From contig OY776510.1 in the NCBI GenBank assembly GCA_963675665.1, forward strand, positions 576,001 to 640,000: DNA of 64,000 bases, read 5' to 3'. Source of the DNA: Spirochaetia bacterium (lineage in GTDB: Bacteria > Spirochaetota > Spirochaetia > UBA9216). This document shows positions 56,870-64,000 of the stretch, in pieces; the stretch's first letter is position 1; each line of letters starts with the position of its first letter. The notes beneath the pieces are model-generated. The model saw nothing but the letters and a program-made list of their open reading frames with translations. It did no database searches and was not told the origin of the DNA. A program made the translations under genes and the position numbers.

Positions 56870-56996
56870 GTAAACGTTTTCTCAATATTAAGGGCGCCGG
56901 GTTAAATTGTCAAGAAAAAATCATCATTATCTGTGAAATTTAACAAATTTGTTATTTTTACCCCTTATTTAGGGCATTTTTTGTGTAAACGTTTAC
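56870..56996. promoter_or_regulatory. Two LacI-family operators
   Basis: GTAAACGTTTTC (56870-56881) and perfect GTAAACGTTTAC (56985-56996), both with a central CG, next to the lacI-type gene. Confidence 0.75.
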
Positions 56997-56999
56997 TTG

Positions 57000-58067
57000 T
57001 CAGGCATTTCTTCGGGCCGTCGACTGACGAATATGCAGTTTAACCCCGATTGTTTCGTCGCCGGCTGTTTCACCCGCGATGATTCGATTTAATTGAATCA
57101 CCGCTTCAACACCGACATTATATCTGTCGTGAGCAATGGCTGTGATCGGTATGGTTAAAAGTTTGCCCATGCCCATATCGTCCATTGCGACAACCGAAAC
57201 ATCTCCCGGAACCGCTATTCCCTGCTCATGAAGAAATCTGAAAACCCCGCGGGCAACTATACAGTTCGGCACAATCAAAGAATCAATTTCATCCAGCCGA
57301 CTGAAAATCTCTCTTGCAGCAGAGTAACCGCTGTCTTCATTAAAACTGCAGAATATCATTTTATTTTCTTCAGTTTTCATACCGAACTCCTCAAGAGCTC
57401 TTCTGTATCCGTGAAGCCTGTCCAGTGATGAATAATACCCGCTTAACGGCGAATCAATTGCCGCAATTAATTCTCTGTAATTTTTAAATGGGGGTGATTC
57501 CCAAAACCCCGCCATATATCCGATTCTGTTTCTGCCGAGATTAAGAAGGTATCTGGCGGCAAGATATCCCGCATTTTCTTCGTCGGTATTAATATGGGGA
57601 ACACCTTCAATAACCTTTCTTCTTCCTGCAATCACCATCGGAATATTAAAAAAATCCGTCTCGTCGGGCAAAGGGGCCGATGAAACAGGGCAGTGAATAA
57701 GTCCGTCGAGCATATATCCTGAAAGCTTTCGAAGGTATTCCTTCTCGTTTCCGGTTTTTCCTTCAACAGCCCCGACGATAACAAGCTGTTCATATTCCCG
57801 TGCTTTTTTAATAGCCCCGTTTACAATATCACTGAAATAACTGACGGAAAGATCCGGAACAACAATGCCGATAAGACCGGACTTCTTGCTCCTCATATAT
57901 CTCGCTGCCGGTGAAGGCTGATATCCAAGATCCTTGGCAACCTCCAGCACCCTTTTTGACAATTCCGGATTAACCTTGCTGTTTCCGTTCAATACCCTGG
58001 AAACGGTTGCCGTGGATACTCCTGCAACTTCTGCGATTTTCTTAATTCCCGATCTCTTTTCAGTCAT
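57000..58067 (-). CDS. LacI family regulator
   Basis: IKKIAEVAGVSTATVSRVLN, LGYQPS, VPGDVSVVAMDD. Confidence 0.93.
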   Translation of the reverse strand: MTEKRSGIKKIAEVAGVSTATVSRVLNGNSKVNPELSKRVLEVAKDLGYQPSPAARYMRSKKSGLIGIVVPDLSVSYFSDIVNGAIKKAREYEQLVIVGAVEGKTGNEKEYLRKLSGYMLDGLIHCPVSSAPLPDETDFFNIPMVIAGRRKVIEGVPHINTDEENAGYLAARYLLNLGRNRIGYMAGFWESPPFKNYRELIAAIDSPLSGYYSSLDRLHGYRRALEEFGMKTEENKMIFCSFNEDSGYSAAREIFSRLDEIDSLIVPNCIVARGVFRFLHEQGIAVPGDVSVVAMDDMGMGKLLTIPITAIAHDRYNVGVEAVIQLNRIIAGETAGDETIGVKLHIRQSTARRNA

Positions 58068-58168
58068 GAAACAAATATTACTATGATTATCGCTTTGAAA
58101 CAATAAGCTCCTGGAAACAATATGCCAGCCTGCTTCAAACATCCCCCTGCCGTATGTTATACTCCAGT

Positions 58169-58921
58169 ATGGAACAACAGATAACGGAAATAATCACCGA
58201 AACCTCAGCAGCCCGAAACGCCGAAGGCGTAAAACGGTGGAGGACGCCTCTTGTTTCCTTTGCGGATGCTGACGATCCGTTGATGCCCGAACTAAAAAAA
58301 TGGGTTGCCCCCGGACATCTGCTGCCCGGCGACCTGCAGCCGGGCGCCCGCTCCGTAGTATGTTTCTATCTTCCTTTTAATCCGGAAATCCCGAAATCGA
58401 ACCGTGCCGGACGGCTTGCCTCAGAAGACTGGGTTGACGCATACATTGAAACAAACAAACTAATCACGGAAATCAATAAAAACCTGAAAAACTTCATCGA
58501 ATCGGAAGGGCATCAGTGTGCAATCACTCCGGCAACGCATAATTTTGATCCGGAAGAATTGATAAGCTACTGGTCTCACAGGCATCTTGCATATATTGCA
58601 GGACTGGGTACTTTCGGCATTAACAACATGCTCATAACGGAAAAGGGAACAGCCGGCAGGTTCGGAAGCTGCGTAACCGACCTGAAGCTGACAGCAGGAG
58701 TGCGTCCGGATACGGAATATTGTCTCTATAAAGCAAAAAAGACATGCGGGGCCTGTATAAAAAGATGCGTCAACGGAGCACTTACAGCAAACGGATTTGA
58801 TCGCTTTAAATGTTACCGGATGTGCATGGAAAACGACAGACGTTATAATACCGGCAGTCTTGCCGATGTCTGCGGAAAGTGCGTTACGGGAGTTCCCTGT
58901 ACCAACAGGAAACCTGAATAA
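58169..58921 (+). CDS. Epoxyqueuosine-reductase-like 4Fe-4S protein
   Basis: WSHRHLAYIAGLGTFG, CGACIKRC, CGKC..PC. Confidence 0.8.
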   Translation: MEQQITEIITETSAARNAEGVKRWRTPLVSFADADDPLMPELKKWVAPGHLLPGDLQPGARSVVCFYLPFNPEIPKSNRAGRLASEDWVDAYIETNKLITEINKNLKNFIESEGHQCAITPATHNFDPEELISYWSHRHLAYIAGLGTFGINNMLITEKGTAGRFGSCVTDLKLTAGVRPDTEYCLYKAKKTCGACIKRCVNGALTANGFDRFKCYRMCMENDRRYNTGSLADVCGKCVTGVPCTNRKPE

Positions 58922-58984
58922 TTTGTTGGAATTCTCCCCGGATTTAAATTAAAATTAAAACATCACTAGGAACGAGGTGAAACA

Positions 58985-60046
58985 ATGGCTTCCAGTAAAG
59001 GGATGAAAATTGGAATACTGACTGCCGGCGGAGACTGTCCCGGACTCAACGCCGCAATAAGAGGCGTAGGAAAAACAGCAGCTCTGCAATACGGCATGGA
59101 GGTCTACGGGTTTTCTTCCGGGTATCTCGGCCTGGTTAACGGAGAATACAAAAAACTTTCCGTACGTGACCTCTCGGGCATTCTCACTCTCGGCGGAACA
59201 ATTCTGGGAACCTCCCGCGAAAAACCGTTTAAAAGCAAGGAATACAACAGGTACGTCAGAAGTAAACCCGAACAAATCCGGGAAAACTATGAGAAACTGG
59301 GCCTGGACTGCGTCGTATGCATAGGCGGGAACGGCACAATGAAAACCGCCTGGAAACTCCAGCAGCAGGGGATAAACGTTGTAGGAGTACCTAAAACCAT
59401 CGATAACGACATATGGGGAACCGACCGCACCTTCGGATTCGATTCAGCTGTAAATATTGCAACCGAAGCAATCGACCGAATCCATACTACTGCAAACTCG
59501 CACAAGAGAATAATGGTTGTCGAAGTAATGGGCCATGATACAGGCTGGCTGACTCTTTATTCAGGAGTAGCGGGAGGGGGAGATGTTATACTTATACCCG
59601 AGATTCCGTATAAACGCAAAGTTGTTAAAGAATACATTTTAAAACGATCCGAAGAGGGAAAACCCTATTCCATCGTTGTAGTAGCCGAAGGGATCAGGAT
59701 TCCCGATAAAAAAGACGGGGAGAAACGTAATAAATCAGCCGGTACATACATCTCTGAAATAATACAGAAAGATACCGGTCTCGAAACCCGGCCGACCATT
59801 CTGGGCTACATCCAGCGCGGGGGCTCTCCAACACCTGCCGACAGAATTCTCGCATCAGAATTGGGCGCATACACAGCCCAGATGATTTCGGAAAAGAAAT
59901 TCGGCGAAATGGCGGCATCAAGAAACGGAGTAATCACATCGATCCCCCTGAAAGAAGTAGCAGGCAAACTGAAGCTTGTGCCGCCTGATCTTCCCCTTAT
60001 AAACCAGGCCCGCGCCCTTGACACCTGTTTCGGGGCCAGATTGTGA
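58985..60046 (+). CDS. pfkA: 6-phosphofructokinase (group III / mixed-substrate type)
   Basis: GGDCPGLN, GGTILGTSR, GGNGT, PKTIDND, EVMG, GYIQRGG. Confidence 0.93.
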   Translation: MASSKGMKIGILTAGGDCPGLNAAIRGVGKTAALQYGMEVYGFSSGYLGLVNGEYKKLSVRDLSGILTLGGTILGTSREKPFKSKEYNRYVRSKPEQIRENYEKLGLDCVVCIGGNGTMKTAWKLQQQGINVVGVPKTIDNDIWGTDRTFGFDSAVNIATEAIDRIHTTANSHKRIMVVEVMGHDTGWLTLYSGVAGGGDVILIPEIPYKRKVVKEYILKRSEEGKPYSIVVVAEGIRIPDKKDGEKRNKSAGTYISEIIQKDTGLETRPTILGYIQRGGSPTPADRILASELGAYTAQMISEKKFGEMAASRNGVITSIPLKEVAGKLKLVPPDLPLINQARALDTCFGARL

Positions 60047-60119
60047 GTATTAGTATAGGGTTAAATCTCTCACATGCCCTTGATACTTGTTTCAGAGCCG
60101 GACTATAATATTTATAGAC

Positions 60120-62183
60120 ATGGATACTTCGGATCAATTCATTAATAAAGAAATAAGCTGGCTTGCCTTCAACGAGAGGGTTTTGCAGGAAGCAGAAGAC
60201 AAACGCAACCTTCTTGGAGACAGAATAAGGTTTTTAGGCATCTTCTCTTCAAATCAGGATGAATTTTTCCGTGTAAGAGTAGCAATGCTGAAAAAATTCT
60301 GTCTGATGAGCAAAAGCAACAGACAATACCTGCTGGAAGATCCGGAACGGATAATGCACGATGTTCAGGAGATAATTCACAGGCAGCGCACAAGATCTGA
60401 AAAACTGTATGCCGAACTGATTGCCGAATTAAAAAATGAAAATATTTTTATACTTCATAAAAATGATCTAAGCCGGGAACAGCGGGAATATGTTCTGGAA
60501 TATTTTTACAACCATGTTCGCTCCCAGATATTTCCGATGATGCTCAATGCCCGGCTTGATTTTCCGTACCTGAAAGACAATTCTCTGTACCTTGCAGTTG
60601 AGCTGAAAAAAAAGAACAAGGAAACAATTCGTTACAGCATAATCGAAATACCGACGAGAACACTTCCGAGGTTTGTTAAACTGCCGCATTCAGGTGACGA
60701 CACTCATATTATCCTTATTGATGAAATTGTTCGTGTAGGACTTCCGAGCATTTATGCAGTCCATAATTTTGAAAGTTTTCATGCCTACAACTTCAAAATA
60801 ACCCGTGATGCCGAGATTGAAATTGATGAGGACGACATTTCAATAAGCTATCTGAATAAAATTTCCGAAGGGGTAAAAAAACGAAAAGAAGGCGGAATCA
60901 TCCGAATTGTTCATGATGAAAAAATGCCGCAAAAGATGCTGACCATGTTTATCAAAAAGAATCATATTCACCGTCTTGATACACTTTCCGCCGGCGGCCG
61001 TTACCATAAACTCAAGGATTTTCTAAGCTTTCCGGCTGTAGCCGGGCTTCCGACAACAGAACCGAATCCTCCTTTCAGACATGCTGCAATTGATCAGAAC
61101 AGAAGGATTTTCAGTTCAATAAAAAAAGGGGATATGCTTCTTTATTTCCCCTACCATACCTTCAGCACTATAATCGATTTTATTCGTGATGCTTCGATAG
61201 ATCCTTCAGTAGAAATCATAAAAGTGACTCTTTACCGTGTAGCAAAATTTTCAAGTATAGCCAATGCGCTGATAAATGCCAGTCGTAACAGTAAAGATGT
61301 CACAGTTCTGCTGGAACTGCAGGCAAGATTTGATGAAGAGAACAACATCTACTGGGCAAATCGTCTTAAAAGCGAAGGCGTTAAGGTTCTGTTCGGTATA
61401 ACAGGGCTTAAGGTCCACTCAAAGCTTTGCTTGATAAGCCGCAGGGAAAAAAAGGAACTGCTGCATTATTGTGCTGTCGGAACAGGCAATATGAATGAAG
61501 AAACGGCCAGACTCTACACGGACTGCTCTCTTCTGACTGCAGATCAGCGGATAGGCAAAGAAATAAACAATCTTTTTGATTTTCTTGAACGGAATATAAA
61601 ATACAACGGGACCTTTGAGCACCTTATGGTGTCGCCGATCAACACAAGAAGCCGCCTTAATGAACTGATTAATTTTGAAATAGCCGAAGCAAAAAAAGGC
61701 AACCCGGCGTGGATAAACATTAAAATTAATAATATGGCAGATAAAGACCTGGCAGCAAAACTGTATGAAGCCGGAAGGACCGGCGTTAAAATTAGACTGA
61801 TATGCCGCAGCCGGTTTATCATGAAAACCGGAATTGAGGGACTGAGTGAAAATATTGAGGCAATCAGTATTGTAGACGGGTACCTGGAACACGCAAGGTT
61901 CTTTATCTTTCATCACGGCGGAGAAAACATGACATTCCTCGGCTCGGCGGACTGGCAGACAAGAAATATCGACCACCGCGTAGAGGTCACCTGCCCGGTT
62001 TACCGCAAAAGGCTGAAAAAGAAACTTCTGGATATTTTCGAGATTCAGTGGAGCGATAATTACAAGGCAAGAATCCTTGATCCCGATATGAAAAACGAAT
62101 TCGTACAGAAAAAGGCCAACTGTAAAATCATCCGTTCTCAGAACGCGGTATACGAATATCTTATAGCAAACAATAATATATAA
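60120..62183 (+). CDS. ppk1: Polyphosphate kinase 1
   Basis: SWLAFNERVL, SNQDEFF, PYH, LYRVA, ARFDEENN, KVHSK, LEHAR, GSADW. Confidence 0.96.
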   Translation: MDTSDQFINKEISWLAFNERVLQEAEDKRNLLGDRIRFLGIFSSNQDEFFRVRVAMLKKFCLMSKSNRQYLLEDPERIMHDVQEIIHRQRTRSEKLYAELIAELKNENIFILHKNDLSREQREYVLEYFYNHVRSQIFPMMLNARLDFPYLKDNSLYLAVELKKKNKETIRYSIIEIPTRTLPRFVKLPHSGDDTHIILIDEIVRVGLPSIYAVHNFESFHAYNFKITRDAEIEIDEDDISISYLNKISEGVKKRKEGGIIRIVHDEKMPQKMLTMFIKKNHIHRLDTLSAGGRYHKLKDFLSFPAVAGLPTTEPNPPFRHAAIDQNRRIFSSIKKGDMLLYFPYHTFSTIIDFIRDASIDPSVEIIKVTLYRVAKFSSIANALINASRNSKDVTVLLELQARFDEENNIYWANRLKSEGVKVLFGITGLKVHSKLCLISRREKKELLHYCAVGTGNMNEETARLYTDCSLLTADQRIGKEINNLFDFLERNIKYNGTFEHLMVSPINTRSRLNELINFEIAEAKKGNPAWINIKINNMADKDLAAKLYEAGRTGVKIRLICRSRFIMKTGIEGLSENIEAISIVDGYLEHARFFIFHHGGENMTFLGSADWQTRNIDHRVEVTCPVYRKRLKKKLLDIFEIQWSDNYKARILDPDMKNEFVQKKANCKIIRSQNAVYEYLIANNNI

Positions 62184-62211
62184 TCCGGGAATAATTCAAA
62201 ACCCCGACGGT

Positions 62212-62613
62212 TCAGGAACCCTTCTTTAAAAATACCTCGAGAGCTTCAGAATAAGGATTTTTAACAAGCAGCTTTAGGGCTTTTTTTGATTTGACAAACT
62301 GCCTTTTTCGGATTTTACGTTCAGGCCATTTCCGACATATTCTGCTTATTTTGAAAGGATACAGTTTATAGGTTATCGATTCCGTTTTTTTTATTACTGT
62401 TATTTTAACGGCTTTGCCCTTGAGAGCACCGATTATTCCGGCTTCTTCAAAGGCTTCATTTACAGCTACCTCACGGTCTTTCTTGTCTTCTTCCTGCTGT
62501 CCCTTTGGAAAAATCCATTTCGACGGATGCTTTCTGCTGGTAACAATTATAAAGCGGTAAGAATTATTTCTTACGATGTACGGTATAACGCCGACCTGAA
62601 TCTGTTCAGTCAA
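62212..62613 (-). CDS. NUDIX hydrolase (DIPP/Ap6A-like)
   Basis: VTSR, WIFPKG, EAFEEAG, WPE. Confidence 0.85.
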   Translation of the reverse strand: MTEQIQVGVIPYIVRNNSYRFIIVTSRKHPSKWIFPKGQQEEDKKDREVAVNEAFEEAGIIGALKGKAVKITVIKKTESITYKLYPFKISRICRKWPERKIRKRQFVKSKKALKLLVKNPYSEALEVFLKKGS

Positions 62614-62632
62614 TCACTTCTCCTGAATCCTT

Positions 62633-63193
62633 TTAAATATCAATATGGTAGAGTTTGTCAATAATCACTTCCGACGGCGTCCCGGCTTCAAGCAGTTTTT
62701 CAAGTTCCCGAAAAAAAACGGTTTCTGCATCAAGCCTCTCCTTCAGGTTTTCCGGCGGACGCCAGCCGGGAAGATCTGCCGCTTCATTGCCGCTGCACCC
62801 GGGACAACCCTGAAGAGGTGGTAAAAACCCCCAATCTTCCCGGCCGGAACCGGTGTCCACTTCCCGGCAGAACGGAGCAAGCAGACAGACAAGCGGTTTG
62901 GAATCAGGGTGAAGCCTGCACTGGCCTGTCAGCCTGGTTTTACCCGGTTCATCCTCGATTAATCTGTTCTCAAGGAATGGGCAGCATCCGGCCGGCCCCA
63001 GACTGAAGCGGATTCTCGGCAGCGGCGCGTTGTTGCGTTCATAATCAATTACAAGGTAAGAGTGCTCAAACAATTCATACGTGTCAGAAAAACCTAGGAA
63101 CCGCCCCATCAGGACCAGGTCCTGCGGATTCAGAAAAACATGCATTCCGCCGCGGCAACATTCGCCGCAACAGAGGCAGTCAATAGATTTCAT
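62633..63193 (-). CDS. YkgJ-family Cys-cluster protein
   Basis: CLCCGECC, CPFL, CRLH..KPLVC..PF, CPG. Confidence 0.82.
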   Translation of the reverse strand: MKSIDCLCCGECCRGGMHVFLNPQDLVLMGRFLGFSDTYELFEHSYLVIDYERNNAPLPRIRFSLGPAGCCPFLENRLIEDEPGKTRLTGQCRLHPDSKPLVCLLAPFCREVDTGSGREDWGFLPPLQGCPGCSGNEAADLPGWRPPENLKERLDAETVFFRELEKLLEAGTPSEVIIDKLYHIDI

Positions 63194-63872
63194 ACTCAAG
63201 AATTTCTTCCAGTCTTAAAGTCACTCTGGCCTTGCAGATATAATTTCCGGCATCCATTGTAATATACGGGACTTCCGACAAACGGGCAAGGCCGGAAATT
63301 CTGCGCGGTTTATCATAAATACGGGGACGAAGATAGTTTCTGAGCGATTCCTTGACGGAATTTCCTATAGCTTCTTTTTTCCCTTCTATACCGGAGAACA
63401 GGGGGCCTTCTCCGACTGCAGTCACTGCAGGCAGAACACTGGTTTCCCAGCTTACCACCCAGGGCACCTGGTCTTCACTGATTTCATATGAAATTTCGGC
63501 ATCGTATCGGCCGTTTTTATAACGGCCGTCCGTCACCCGGAGCCCTGAATCGCCCCATGGAATTGTATGTACCGGAGCAAAGCTGAATTCCTCTTCTACC
63601 CCCCTCAAACTGTCTTTCGGTATATACACAAAATTAAATCCGTATATCATGGCTGAAAAAACGTATTGCGCTTCTTCGAGAAGCTGTCTGATCGCTTTTT
63701 CTTCATCATATACCTCCAGCTCGAAGGGCCCTGCAGGTTCAAGCAGGACAAAAAAACCGCCCCGGATGGTTATGGTGTCATATTCCGGATCAGTATATGA
63801 AAATACGGCAACTGAGGATAAAAAGAATACTGATGTAAAAATCAGGATTCTTACGACATTACTTTTTAACAT
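63180..63872 (-). CDS. Conserved hypothetical exported protein
   Basis: Signal peptide; long ORF tightly packed in an operon. Confidence 0.7.
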   Translation of the reverse strand: MLKSNVVRILIFTSVFFLSSVAVFSYTDPEYDTITIRGGFFVLLEPAGPFELEVYDEEKAIRQLLEEAQYVFSAMIYGFNFVYIPKDSLRGVEEEFSFAPVHTIPWGDSGLRVTDGRYKNGRYDAEISYEISEDQVPWVVSWETSVLPAVTAVGEGPLFSGIEGKKEAIGNSVKESLRNYLRPRIYDKPRRISGLARLSEVPYITMDAGNYICKARVTLRLEEILEYEIY

Positions 63873-63884
63873 CAATACTGCCGT

Positions 63885-64000
63885 TTACCGGTTCTTTCCG
63901 GTAAAAACATTGATTGGATTTATTCCCAGCCTGATAACAAAATACAGAAATGCAAATCCGAATCCGGCAAGATGGGTCAGATGCGCAACCCCGCTGCGGT
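63885..64000 (-). CDS. 3' end of rhomboid family intramembrane protease (partial)
   Basis: Reads SGVAHLTHLAGFGFAFLYF..-stop, containing the rhomboid AHxxHxxG motif. Confidence 0.75.
   Translation of the reverse strand, partial: RSGVAHLTHLAGFGFAFLYFVIRLGINPINVFTGKNR

Overview
Gene-dense bacterial chromosome segment, most likely from a free-living spirochaete (Spirochaetaceae-like). The taxon call is inferred from 'FAGGQQE'-type binding-protein N-termini, a FecR/PEGA lipoprotein and spirochaete-style membrane proteins. About 40 kb is a sugar uptake and catabolism region: four RbsABC-type ABC systems (one running off the left edge), three of them with clear sigma54 -24/-12 promoters, two NtrC-type two-component systems, SorC/IclR regulators and an L-xylulose kinase / 3-epimerase / 4-epimerase pathway. 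The right part holds asd behind a Thr/Ile leader-peptide attenuator, a TetR + saccharopine-dehydrogenase-like pair, a patatin, a LacI-controlled tctACB-aroA-permease operon, pfkA, ppk1 and housekeeping genes. The best candidate for an undescribed system is 17644..19482, a cytoplasmic histidine kinase whose input domain is the N-terminal half of a sugar ABC ATPase. It is paired with a sigma54 activator and faces a divergent sigma54-driven ABC importer, suggesting the kinase senses through the transporter itself. Also notable: a four-repeat beta-barrel-like gene with a decayed 3' end, nested and arrayed palindromes, and many apparently leaderless genes. No rRNA, tRNA, CRISPR array or mobile element was recognised. 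All calls come from motif reading, not database searches.
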